A stretch of DNA of 45,055 bases from a virus (Duplodnaviria; Caudoviricetes): IMG/VR virus record IMGVR_UViG_3300037515_000328, positions 1 through 45,055 of that record; one strand, 5' to 3'. The translations under genes and the position numbers were made by a program. Every line of letters begins with the position of its first letter. Position 1 is the first letter of the stretch. This document shows, piece by piece, positions 25,840 through 35,369 of this stretch. The notes beneath the pieces were generated by a model, which did no database searches, was not told the origin of the DNA, and saw only the letters and a list, made by a program, of their open reading frames with translations.

Positions 25840-26253
25840 CTATGTTTTTGGTCCACCTGGTTTTGTCGGGTCCACCGTGTCATCCGCTATTGTGTCAGGT
25901 TTCGCCTCTCTCCTTCTCAATAGCCAATATTGGAACAGTATAGCAATCACCAAAGAAAACTGTATAGGATCCATATTGGTGCTGTTCATAGCTTCTTTTA
26001 CCCACGAAAGGTCCAACCCCCCTACTTTCAGTATATCGATTATTATATCGCCCAATTTTACAGTTATAAGGGTAAGGAACAGTCCCCTGACAACATCTAC
26101 TATATTGTCGCCTATCCAGAAAGATATGGAGAATTTTGTTTTTCGCTTGTAGGCCATTGCCTTCACAAATAGGATCCCTATCATGGCCCACCCTATGGCG
26201 TTGCCCCAAAGTTTCCATGTATTTTCAATTACTTGTTCTGCTACTGTTTCCAT
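25840..26253 (-). CDS. Membrane protein (holin-like)
   Basis: About three TM segments; FSISFWIGDN motif. Confidence 0.55.
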   Translation of the reverse strand: METVAEQVIENTWKLWGNAIGWAMIGILFVKAMAYKRKTKFSISFWIGDNIVDVVRGLFLTLITVKLGDIIIDILKVGGLDLSWVKEAMNSTNMDPIQFSLVIAILFQYWLLRRREAKPDTIADDTVDPTKPGGPKT

Positions 26254-26264
26254 ATATTAATTGT

Positions 26265-29033
26265 TTAGTTGTCTCCTACTGTTATTTTTCCAAATCCACT
26301 TCCTATACCTATCCTTGCTCCTGATCTAATTGTTACTCCAATAGTAGGTATAAACTCGTAGGCTCCTATATCAAAGGCTGATCCTTGTGGCCTTGTAGTA
26401 CCTACGATGTCTGTCGTATATATCGTAGTGGCTCCTAGATCTATAAGTAAACTACCTTGCTGCAATGTAAAATCATTGGTTGCTGCATTGGTGAATAATG
26501 GATCATGGGCCGTTATGTTTGTAAAACCACCTCCCGATGGAGTGGCAAAAGAATTGTTATAATAATTCTCCTTGTTGGATGTCACATTTGTTCCACTACT
26601 ACTGTTAAGGTAATTTATGGCTGCGGACGCTGTTTGGTCCATCCATATATTATTCTCCAATACCCAATCTTCAATATCTATGTTTGTCCTTATGCCTCCT
26701 ATACCATTACTGTAAAAAACATTGTTCTTGAGGATCCATCCTATAACAGGAGTTGATCCTACAATATTTCCAATTGTTTCCTGTATTTGGACAGCTTTGT
26801 CCGTTCCTGCTATAATATTGTTGATAAAAACATTATTATCCCCTACACAATCGCAATCGGTGGGTGGCGAAGCTGCTCCATCATCGTACATTTCCCCAAG
26901 AATACCTTGATATGTACCAAGTACTATATTTCCATCAATCAAGTTATCATGTGCGCCATTCGTTATATGTATCCTTGCAGTACTACCCTCAACAAAATTT
27001 CTTAAGTATTGATTGTCAAAAGTATCCGAAAAGGTCATTTCTATTTTGGTCCTGTAGGCATAGTTGTCCCTATAGATATTATTGTTTCCTGATTTGATAT
27101 CGTATCCGTGACCTGCGTGTGATCCGTCATGCCACCTATATATCCTGTTCCCTTCATATACATTAAAAGCCCCATTTTCTGTAGTAGTAGCCCTTACCGT
27201 CATATAATAGTCGGTCTGTGCCCCAACGACATCACTGTGATATTCATTATATGAAATAAGGTTATTATTTCCTCTTACTAAAAATGCTTCAGCAGATACA
27301 TTCTGTCCGTAACTGTTTTTGACAACCCAATCGTTTCCTATAATCCTTACTCCAAACCCTTTATAGACATCTCCTGTTTGGGGGCCAAGTTCAAAGAATC
27401 CAATATTGTCCAAAAGCCCATTGTTTCCATTTCCTACAAAACCGAAGTTAAATCCTGTAACAACTATATTTTTTAATTGGATATAGTCCCCGTTAATATA
27501 AAAAGCATCGGTATCCTCTGTCCCGCCCGACCTGGTTATAACAGGCATGTTTGTATCAGAGGTGGTCATTCCGAAATTAATAGAAGATAGAGTGACCGAC
27601 TCTATATCATTTATGGTCGTATCATATCCGATGAACTGTATGGGCGATTCAAGAGTCCCGTCCTGTGAAATGGATAATGCGGCAGATCTGTTATACACCC
27701 CTTTCTTAACGTATACAATGTCTCCGGCAACAACTTGGGTAATGGCATAGGCCAAATCCCAAGGACTTCCCTCGGTCAATCCTGTATTTCCCGAATTTCC
27801 ATCATCGGCAACATAGTACACCCCAGTATCAATAGAGCATTCTAAGGCCGTTTCTACATAACTATATCCGGTTATATCTATTGGAGAGCCTTCGGTATAT
27901 GTGTTGTTTGTGTCAATCTGTATCTGTCCATAATCAGTACCTTCATTGTAACTGTATATGGATGCCCCAAATATAGATGATACCCCAAACTCAGAATTGC
28001 AGATGTCAAAATCACCCATGTCCACAGTGAAGGCCACGCTTGCCCCTGTAAATATACAATTCCTGAATGCTGAATTTGAGGTATTGGTAGGGATGACCCT
28101 GCCATCATAGCCTAGTCCAATGAACGTTACCCCTTCGAAAATTATGTTGTCTCCTCCCGTGGCCTGACTTCCCGTGCCAAAAGCTACTAATCCAGATTTA
28201 GTTCCTTCCTGTATATTGGGATTACTTGGTGAGGGGTCTGAAATGGTTCCTCCGATAACAGTTGTATTTCCTGAAAATATTTTAAGGTTCCTTCTTTCCC
28301 AGTCGTATAGATCCATATTGTTTATTTCCAATGATCCTAGGGAACCGCTCATATTTATATTTACGGAGAAAACGGCCATTGTCTGGGCATCCTCTCCCCA
28401 GCAATCATGGACCGATGCATTTTTGATAGTTATTTTTGTAGTACTTGTAGGTACTTCCCTCCAATATATCAAATATCCGTTTGCCGCACCCCAAGCATCT
28501 GTAAGATTAGAGTTTGAAGTACCCACTATATCATATACATCACACCCATCAAAAATCCAATCCCCATAGCTATCACCATCGTTATAGTAGTTAATGTAGA
28601 ATCCCGCTGGGCTGACCTCTAATACAGGCTGCCTAAAACTAAATATATCCACGTTAGTGAAAACAACCCTTGAATCTACTTGTATCCCCCTATATGCGAC
28701 TTCGTTCCCATCCATTATAAGATCGGTCATTGTTGTAGTGCCACCATTTGCAGACCTCTTGTCCACTTCCATCATCGGGTTAAGCGCGCTATTGGTTGTT
28801 ATGGTTGCACCGTTCCAATCAATTATCTGTCCAGAAACAATATCTATATCGATCCTTGAGCTTATACGAAACGTGGCTCCAGGATCTGCAATCAAGCTTA
28901 CCTCTGCATCCAAAGCGGCCTGTAGTTCCGCTGTATCATCAGCAACACCATCCCCGACCGCTCCGTAAGTTGAAAAGTTTACTTGCCCATAAGAGCAAGC
29001 GGATAAAAAAAATATGACTATGAATTGTTTCAT
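26265..29033 (-). CDS. Signal-peptide-bearing two-domain right-handed beta-helix protein (pectin-lyase-fold depolymerase-like)
   Basis: MKQFIVIFFLSACSYG-Q; YGAVGDGVADDTAELQAALD; second domain YYVADDGNSGNTGLTEGSPW; C-terminal FTLQQGSLLIDLG...RPQGSAFDIGAYEF. Confidence 0.85.
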   Translation of the reverse strand: MKQFIVIFFLSACSYGQVNFSTYGAVGDGVADDTAELQAALDAEVSLIADPGATFRISSRIDIDIVSGQIIDWNGATITTNSALNPMMEVDKRSANGGTTTMTDLIMDGNEVAYRGIQVDSRVVFTNVDIFSFRQPVLEVSPAGFYINYYNDGDSYGDWIFDGCDVYDIVGTSNSNLTDAWGAANGYLIYWREVPTSTTKITIKNASVHDCWGEDAQTMAVFSVNINMSGSLGSLEINNMDLYDWERRNLKIFSGNTTVIGGTISDPSPSNPNIQEGTKSGLVAFGTGSQATGGDNIIFEGVTFIGLGYDGRVIPTNTSNSAFRNCIFTGASVAFTVDMGDFDICNSEFGVSSIFGASIYSYNEGTDYGQIQIDTNNTYTEGSPIDITGYSYVETALECSIDTGVYYVADDGNSGNTGLTEGSPWDLAYAITQVVAGDIVYVKKGVYNRSAALSISQDGTLESPIQFIGYDTTINDIESVTLSSINFGMTTSDTNMPVITRSGGTEDTDAFYINGDYIQLKNIVVTGFNFGFVGNGNNGLLDNIGFFELGPQTGDVYKGFGVRIIGNDWVVKNSYGQNVSAEAFLVRGNNNLISYNEYHSDVVGAQTDYYMTVRATTTENGAFNVYEGNRIYRWHDGSHAGHGYDIKSGNNNIYRDNYAYRTKIEMTFSDTFDNQYLRNFVEGSTARIHITNGAHDNLIDGNIVLGTYQGILGEMYDDGAASPPTDCDCVGDNNVFINNIIAGTDKAVQIQETIGNIVGSTPVIGWILKNNVFYSNGIGGIRTNIDIEDWVLENNIWMDQTASAAINYLNSSSGTNVTSNKENYYNNSFATPSGGGFTNITAHDPLFTNAATNDFTLQQGSLLIDLGATTIYTTDIVGTTRPQGSAFDIGAYEFIPTIGVTIRSGARIGIGSGFGKITVGDN

Positions 29034-29593
29034 TAATTCGTTTTTATGGCGCTAAGGTTATCAATGAAAATATTGTCCCCTGCAACGCCCGAAGTGCTTG
29101 CCGAAGCGTAGAACCTTAGCTGGGCGGTGCCAGTTGCTGTTGCTGTTATATCGTAAGAATAGAATGTCCATGAAGATGGTGGGTTTACACTTGATGGACC
29201 ACCCGTAACGTTCGTCCAAGCGGTTATCCTGTCAAGTGTTCCCTGTGTCGATTTGGCCCAAAAAGATACGGTAAACGTATCACCAGATGTTATGGTAAGG
29301 GTAAAGTGTACATAAGACACAAGTCCTCCCGCTGTGACCCCTTTGATTGCGTACAGTCCTGTTTGAGGTTCCGCCGAATCGGACGTCATTGTTATTGACG
29401 TTCCTGCCCACAACGATGTCCCGTCGGTCTCATTACAATTGGGGTCTGATGTGGCGTTTGCGGTCGTATTCTGTTCGTTGGGGTCAGGAGTGCATCCCCC
29501 AGCCTGTTGTTGGCTCGCAATAAGTAATGCGTCCCATTGGGCTGCTCCTAAAAGAGGAACAAGAAATAATATTATGTAAATTAGTTTTTTCAT
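29033..29593 (-). CDS. Signal-peptide-bearing carbohydrate-binding (CBM4/9-like jelly-roll) protein
   Basis: MKKLIYIILFLVPLLGAA-Q; GDTFTVSFWAKS...WTFYSY...IFIDNLS. Confidence 0.75.
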   Translation of the reverse strand: MKKLIYIILFLVPLLGAAQWDALLIASQQQAGGCTPDPNEQNTTANATSDPNCNETDGTSLWAGTSITMTSDSAEPQTGLYAIKGVTAGGLVSYVHFTLTITSGDTFTVSFWAKSTQGTLDRITAWTNVTGGPSSVNPPSSWTFYSYDITATATGTAQLRFYASASTSGVAGDNIFIDNLSAIKTN

Positions 29594-29595
29594 AC

Positions 29596-30627
29596 TTATG
29601 GAAGTTCAACGAAAAAGTAGTAGACAGTTGTGCCTACCGACTTAAGGCAAATGAGCATATTAGTAGCCGCGATGAAATCAGCAGTGTTAGGTAATTGTGT
29701 CGCCCCTGTTATGGCTGGTTCCGTTGCTTCATTTATAAGTATTTCAGCATAGCCCCCTGGTCCTGCCCCTGTAAGTGTAAATGTTGCAGTGTCCACGGAA
29801 CTATCATCTATGTACGTGAATCCGCTCATATCTATAACGGTTCCTGTTATCGTCTCTGCTGGGGTGGCGTCGGTACTTATCCATATGTCCTCTGCATCCA
29901 AAGTTGCTGCTGCTTTTTGGGCTTCTGTCCCTGCTCCTATCCTTATTCCTGTCAGGCCGCTATCGGGGTGCTCTTGTATCCCGCCCATTAGATTGATCCC
30001 TCCGTAGTAAATTCCATCAGCGTCCCAACTCAAGGATGTTATGGTGTTGCTCGTGTGTCTTAAGTTTATGCTTTGAGACCCAACAGCTGTGGCATTACCT
30101 AGATTGAAAGTATTAAAATACCCATCTTCAAACGATTGAAATTCCTGTCCCATTATGGCATCATCATCAAAAACGGCACGAATGTTCCTTACATATAAGT
30201 CACCAGTCATAGGCCTTGAAGCCCCCCCCACTCTCGCAAGAAACTCAGTATTTATTTCGTTTATAGCCCCCTGCACGGTTGTGGCTGCTATGTCTCCCGC
30301 AGGTGTGTTCGATAATTTAGTTCCCGCAATCGCAGCACTGGTATTTACATCGGCATTTAATATTGTCCCATCCAATATTTTCGCAGATGTCACAGCATCA
30401 TCATTGATGATCGCCGTTGTTCCAGAACCGCCTATTGTGAGGTCGCCAACGTTGCCATCGGGACCTAAAGAGTCCGTCCGCCAAACAGTAGATCCTAATT
30501 CCACATCAATAGAATCGACTATTTGTTCCCCGGTTATTTTCCCCCCTCCGGTCCTTATCCTGTACCTGTTTTGCGAAAAACCTAAAAAAGATATAAGAAA
30601 TATGGATATTAACAATATTTTTTTCAT
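29596..30627 (-). CDS. Signal-peptide-bearing fibre-like protein
   Basis: Start MKKILLISIFLISFLGFS-Q at 30627; fibre-like segments DAVTSAKILDGTILNADV, IAATTVQGAINEI, MTGDL. Confidence 0.75.
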   Translation of the reverse strand: MKKILLISIFLISFLGFSQNRYRIRTGGGKITGEQIVDSIDVELGSTVWRTDSLGPDGNVGDLTIGGSGTTAIINDDAVTSAKILDGTILNADVNTSAAIAGTKLSNTPAGDIAATTVQGAINEINTEFLARVGGASRPMTGDLYVRNIRAVFDDDAIMGQEFQSFEDGYFNTFNLGNATAVGSQSINLRHTSNTITSLSWDADGIYYGGINLMGGIQEHPDSGLTGIRIGAGTEAQKAAATLDAEDIWISTDATPAETITGTVIDMSGFTYIDDSSVDTATFTLTGAGPGGYAEILINEATEPAITGATQLPNTADFIAATNMLICLKSVGTTVYYFFVELP

Positions 30628-30629
30628 AA

Positions 30630-31574
30630 CTATAGATTTTCTATTACATACCAAACATTTATCTCTATTGTTCCCGCCCCTCCTGAAATTGATGTTCCGG
30701 TGCTCCTAAGGCTCACTGTCATGGGGATGTTTTCAAGGTCGGTCACCCTTGTACTTGATGAAGATGAAAAATTCGGAAGTTCAGAAGAGTTATATTTCCA
30801 AACCTTTCCTGTAGCCGTGTAATCATTTGTATGAAGGACAAGAAAGAACTCCTTATAAGTAGGTGCGTCCCAGCCTAAGTACAAAAAAGGATTGGTTCCC
30901 GCAGGTGTATACACAGAGGTTATATTGCTTTTTATTAACACCCTGTCTACCACTATCACCTTTCCTAATCCCGGAGCGGGTATAACCTCTATATTTGTCT
31001 CGGTATCATAGGTTAAATCCGTCAATATGACTTGTTGAAAATTAAAATCATTTCCGGGATCCGCCCCATCCACTTCTATTTCCAATCTATCCACCCCGGT
31101 TGGGGGATCTGGTAGACCGTCTAGGTAGGCTCTATTTCCCCAATCAAATTGAATACCATTAACATTAATACTGCCAAAATCTTTTTGAGCCACCCTTGCG
31201 CTGTCTACACTTATTTCGTTAGTGTTTATGTTAATTCCGTTGCCTTCTGAAATCACATCCTGTTTCAATGCGAATTCGTCAAACACCGCCCCCCCGGCAA
31301 CTGCGTTCGGGCTTCCGTCTATTATGGTGGGGTCTATTGTTATGGATCCAAACTCTACCCAATCTGTTCCATCCCATTCCTCCCATTGGGAAATCCCCAC
31401 GTCTTTGTGGTACAGAATGGTCCCAAGTTTAGGGGTTAGATTGTCCCTGTCCATCGTGGACAAAGTGTCTGGCTGTACAAATTCGGTCCTTATTCCGTCC
31501 CTGAATCTGTCGGGTGTCTGCCCAATAACAATCATCGAAAACAAAAATGCCGCTATAAATAATATATTTTTCAT
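30630..31574 (-). CDS. Signal-peptide-bearing fibre-like protein
   Basis: MKNILFIAAFLFSMIVIG-Q; WDGTDWV, GSPNAVAGGAVFDEFALKQDVISEGNGININ. Confidence 0.75.
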   Translation of the reverse strand: MKNILFIAAFLFSMIVIGQTPDRFRDGIRTEFVQPDTLSTMDRDNLTPKLGTILYHKDVGISQWEEWDGTDWVEFGSITIDPTIIDGSPNAVAGGAVFDEFALKQDVISEGNGININTNEISVDSARVAQKDFGSINVNGIQFDWGNRAYLDGLPDPPTGVDRLEIEVDGADPGNDFNFQQVILTDLTYDTETNIEVIPAPGLGKVIVVDRVLIKSNITSVYTPAGTNPFLYLGWDAPTYKEFFLVLHTNDYTATGKVWKYNSSELPNFSSSSSTRVTDLENIPMTVSLRSTGTSISGGAGTIEINVWYVIENL

Positions 31575-31575
31575 C

Positions 31576-32277
31576 TTAATAAAGTCTTACCGTTACTTTT
31601 TCCCCCACTTCAAGGTCATACAGGATCGTTACCTCATCACCTGTTATTATATAGTCATCGTCCAAAAACTGCCAAACCCTTCCCACGTATACGTCCACGT
31701 TTGTAGGCGTTCGGCTAAGGGTAAAAGTGAAAGGTCCAGTTGTCCATGTAAATTCCTCCTTTGTGGAAACCTCAACGCCTTCCAATTTATCCTTTTCAGC
31801 AGTAGAAAAGTTATTTAATGTTACCCCTGCCTCTGTTCCGTTGCCTAGTGGAATTACAGCATCTGTTCCCGTATCACTTGCGACCGTTCTGGTGGTGGCA
31901 TCCCCCGAAGTGGATAGGTTGGTGGTTCCAACACCCGCCGTTAACAATATCCAAGAACTTCCGTTATTCTGGTACAGGGAAGTTCCGTTCCTTACATACC
32001 AATCTCCTATGCCAAAACTTCCAGGAGGCGTTACGTTCGGGTCCGCTGTCCCTGTGTGTATATCAAACCCAGAACTACCTGAATTTACGATCTCGTTTAT
32101 TGCGGCCACTATGCTGCTTTGGTCAGTGGTCGCCAATGAGCCTAGGTCCCCTACCTTATTGTTGGGCTGTTCCAGCATGGCCACAAGCACTGGGCGCAGC
32201 ACGTTGGCCGTAATTTCGTTGTTGCCGTTCGCAATGATATACAAGTTTATCAGTGCCAATACCTGTGCCTCTGTCAT
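31576..32277 (-). CDS. Fibre/adaptor protein
   Basis: N-terminal IIANGNNEITANVLRPVL; VGDLGSLATTDQSSIVAAINEI; C-terminal DYIITGDEVTILYDLEVGEKVTVRLY beta-sandwich. Confidence 0.7.
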   Translation of the reverse strand: MTEAQVLALINLYIIANGNNEITANVLRPVLVAMLEQPNNKVGDLGSLATTDQSSIVAAINEIVNSGSSGFDIHTGTADPNVTPPGSFGIGDWYVRNGTSLYQNNGSSWILLTAGVGTTNLSTSGDATTRTVASDTGTDAVIPLGNGTEAGVTLNNFSTAEKDKLEGVEVSTKEEFTWTTGPFTFTLSRTPTNVDVYVGRVWQFLDDDYIITGDEVTILYDLEVGEKVTVRLY

Positions 32278-32873
32278 AGCTGTGTAATATAAAAATCATT
32301 CGAGTAATCGTCTGAAAAATCACCCCCCAAAAGTTCGCCTATCCCTGAAAAATCGTTGTCAAAGTTTATTTTGTCACCACTATAAACATAAGGAATGTCA
32401 TCTTCTGGATATTTGCTTACCAAGCTCAATCCAATGCCTCCCAGTCCGTTCTGAGCTTCGTAAGAATAGTCTACCGTTGTCAATCCGTTTTCAAAGCCAT
32501 AGATCTCCACGGTACCGTCCCTGAACTGTATCGCCGCAAAATAGTTCGCAAGGTCCAGTTCCTTTAATATCAATTTCGTTTCTATACTGACCCCTATAAC
32601 AGGGATGTTCACCGTGTGGTCATATAGCGGTTGTCCCTTCCTTGTGGACTTGCTGAAGCTTGCGGAATACAGGCTCCCGATTTCGTTGCCTATGTATTTG
32701 TATCCGGTTGCCCCATCCACCAAATTGAAATTAATCGAATGCCCTACATTGCTCACATCATAAGAAACCTCGTTCACGTCCTCTAGGTTTACAAGGACCA
32801 CCTGCTGCCAGTACTTTCGTAGCGGTAGTTCACATCGGACGTCATGTCCCCTCATAAGTTCCTTACAGGCCAT
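32274..32873 (-). CDS. Tail-tube-like structural protein, paralogue of 35370..35960
   Basis: Shares RKY(W/Y)QQ, DGTVEIYGF(E/V)NGLTT and DYSY with 35370..35960; extra C-terminal GGDFSDDYSNDF. Confidence 0.7.
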   Translation of the reverse strand: MACKELMRGHDVRCELPLRKYWQQVVLVNLEDVNEVSYDVSNVGHSINFNLVDGATGYKYIGNEIGSLYSASFSKSTRKGQPLYDHTVNIPVIGVSIETKLILKELDLANYFAAIQFRDGTVEIYGFENGLTTVDYSYEAQNGLGGIGLSLVSKYPEDDIPYVYSGDKINFDNDFSGIGELLGGDFSDDYSNDFYITQL

Positions 32874-33429
32874 ACTTGCTTATGTTACTTCCTTTTATTC
32901 CGTACCCCTTTGACTTGGTCTTTGACCCGCATTTACCGTTGCAACCACAAGGCTTGCAATCAAAATCTGCATCCGTATATACTTCTTTGTTAAGACAAAT
33001 GTATGCCTCCACTTCTTTCCATTGCTCAAAGGCCATGGACCTATAGCCGTCCGACACCTGTTTCAAATCCGAAAACGGTTTGGGGATGGACCAATCGTTT
33101 GATTTTGTCACCCCCCCGTTCGGGGTATCATCAAAGTTGTTACGGATGGTATACCTTGCGTAAGAGTACCGTATCAATACATTCTTTAGGCCCTCATGGG
33201 ACCTTCTGCGTCCGTTGCATCCCTCGAACTCTTTAGGAGAAACAAGGTCGAACCATTCGCCCTCCGTATCTTCCCAATTATCCTCCACATCAAAGAAAAT
33301 ATCGCACAACAACGGCTTAAGGTCGAACAGTATCGCCTCATTGATGGCTATCTGCAACTTTTCAAGGTTGCAATGTTTCGCCACAAGACCGATAGGATAG
33401 AAATCCTCTTTACTCAATTCTATTGCCAT
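32863..33429 (-). CDS. Putative head-tail adaptor
   Basis: Follows the portal; EAILFDLKPLL...GLKNVLIRYSYARY...TPNG. Confidence 0.6.
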   Translation of the reverse strand: MAIELSKEDFYPIGLVAKHCNLEKLQIAINEAILFDLKPLLCDIFFDVEDNWEDTEGEWFDLVSPKEFEGCNGRRRSHEGLKNVLIRYSYARYTIRNNFDDTPNGGVTKSNDWSIPKPFSDLKQVSDGYRSMAFEQWKEVEAYICLNKEVYTDADFDCKPCGCNGKCGSKTKSKGYGIKGSNISKYGL

Positions 33430-34801
33430 CTGCTATATCTGGTTTTCCAAGAAGGGACGCACTTATGTCCCTGCTAAATCCGTAAATTTCCATTAATATG
33501 GTAATTGCACTCTCGAAATCCGTCAATCCCTGGCTAACGGATGACTGTATTCCAAGTATTCCCTGAACACCTCCAACGGAGCCCCTAAGTGCTGCCTGTG
33601 CCTGCAACGTTTCATCGCTTGCCTCTGGGCTTGCCTCCACTTCGTCCGTTGGTTTGGCCTCCGTACCGTCAAAATCCAAGAAATTGAACTCAAATCCAAG
33701 TTTCCAAAAGGCCTCCTCGATCTTTTGCCGCTCCCATTCGCACTGTTCCCAATAGAACTGTTTCATCTGCTTGTAGCTTTCACCGCTCCCTGCAAATAGG
33801 GTCGTAGCGTCCGCAAACGCAAGCCCCTCTGGGAGGTTGTTTGCTGCCCCAAGGATGTTCTTTCTTATGTTAGGCATGACAACGGAGAATTGTTTGTCGT
33901 CGAATTGTGATTTTATCTGTACGACCTTAAGAACGTTGTCGAGATTTTCTATTTGCTCAACGTCCAAGTGGTATACGTCCGAACTACCTTCTGCCCCTAG
34001 CCAATTGGCAATGTCCGTCTTTATTTCCTTTGCTGATTCTTCGTCCAATCCCTGTGTAAGTACCGCCATTTTGCCCAAGAACCCCCCGCGCGTGGAGGTG
34101 TTGAAGTAAACGCTTATCCTGTACTCCGTGTCAAGGTCGTTAAAAACAGGGTCGAATTTGCTAATGGAATATCGGTACTTTGGGGTAAGATTAACATACA
34201 TCACCTGTCCCCGATAGTGCTTTATTTTCTCCCCTAGTTCATCACCTGTGTATTTTGCCAACTTTGCGTCTGCATCTATCTGCTGCATGACGACCGATTG
34301 GGACGGGTTGAAGGGGTAATATTTTCGTTTGTAGTCCTTTTCCTTTTTGGTAACGGTCCTATCTTGTTTATTGAAATGCTTGTACAATATCATTCCTTTG
34401 TTGCCGTCGTCATCGTCCTCCGAAATACGGCACTTATGGTAATCCAAGGACTTTGGGGTTTTGGGAAGTATAAGAACGTTTCCATCTTCGTCCGTTTCAA
34501 TTCCATATGTAGTATGTATGAACGCCCCATATTGCATTGAAATATCGTCCACGACATCCTTTGCCACTTCCGAAAGCAAAGTGCCGTTGTCCAGTTTTAG
34601 ATTAAGGTCCTCGGTTATGCCCGACCCGAAAATGAACTTGGAGAACATGACCTGTGCCCTCGCCCCCGTCGGGGAGTTTGATACAACCCTTTCGATCTCT
34701 TCGGAATAGTCGTTATTTTCCCCGTTCCAAAAAACTTTCTCTTGTTCCTTGAATGGGGTAACTTTTTTCCAAAGTTCGATAAGGGTCGCTCTAACCTTCA
34801 T
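33410..34801 (-). CDS. Portal protein
   Basis: 463 aa; NGENNDYS...SPT...G.G pattern of Bacteroidota phage portals; head-module context. Confidence 0.7.
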   Translation of the reverse strand: MKVRATLIELWKKVTPFKEQEKVFWNGENNDYSEEIERVVSNSPTGARAQVMFSKFIFGSGITEDLNLKLDNGTLLSEVAKDVVDDISMQYGAFIHTTYGIETDEDGNVLILPKTPKSLDYHKCRISEDDDDGNKGMILYKHFNKQDRTVTKKEKDYKRKYYPFNPSQSVVMQQIDADAKLAKYTGDELGEKIKHYRGQVMYVNLTPKYRYSISKFDPVFNDLDTEYRISVYFNTSTRGGFLGKMAVLTQGLDEESAKEIKTDIANWLGAEGSSDVYHLDVEQIENLDNVLKVVQIKSQFDDKQFSVVMPNIRKNILGAANNLPEGLAFADATTLFAGSGESYKQMKQFYWEQCEWERQKIEEAFWKLGFEFNFLDFDGTEAKPTDEVEASPEASDETLQAQAALRGSVGGVQGILGIQSSVSQGLTDFESAITILMEIYGFSRDISASLLGKPDIADGNRIE

Positions 34802-35360
34802 TTGCCTCTAAGAATTTGATTATGTCAGCCTTGCTCTTTCCTTCTGCGCTCTTTCCGGTCCTGTCCTTTATCTCGTTGTACAGTGGCAGTATCTCTGTAC
34901 GGTAGTCCATATCATTATAAGCAGATATAGTGACAAATTTTTGAAATGTTTCCTTGTTTTTTTCTTCGCTCGTTTCAATATCTATTGATGAGCTTGGCAA
35001 TTTGGCAAACACGTCCGATTTACCCGCCTTTACAAGATCCCTTGCAAATTCCTCGGTCAGGTTATATCCATAGGACCGATATGTCTTTCCATCCTTTTTG
35101 AAGCTCAATATTTTAAGCTTCCATTGATTTTTAAGTGTGAATGTCTTTTCCATTGTAGTATAGGTTTTATCAAAGTTAACCGTTTTTTCCGTGCCATTGG
35201 CGTGACGTGACAATTTTTTAAACCCCTTCTTGAAGCTGCACCCGACGCAATTGGGCAAAAAAGAAAATGCAGCTTCGTAAAATTTTACGTAAAGCTGCAT
35301 CAGTCCTTTGTCCCTGCGAATCTTGTCAGGATCGAGCCTTACAAATTCGTTCAATTCCAT
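34791..35360 (-). CDS. Hypothetical protein with CxxC and a C-terminal HeH/LEM-like motif
   Basis: PNCVGC; GKSKADIIKFL. Confidence 0.65.
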   Translation of the reverse strand: MELNEFVRLDPDKIRRDKGLMQLYVKFYEAAFSFLPNCVGCSFKKGFKKLSRHANGTEKTVNFDKTYTTMEKTFTLKNQWKLKILSFKKDGKTYRSYGYNLTEEFARDLVKAGKSDVFAKLPSSSIDIETSEEKNKETFQKFVTISAYNDMDYRTEILPLYNEIKDRTGKSAEGKSKADIIKFLEANEG

Positions 35361-35369
35361 ATATAGAAA

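Noticed and set aside
26265-32277. Diversity-generating retroelement or invertible tail-fibre cassette
   Set aside because: No reverse transcriptase or invertase, and I saw no TR/VR-like repeat pair by eye; a self dot-plot would confirm
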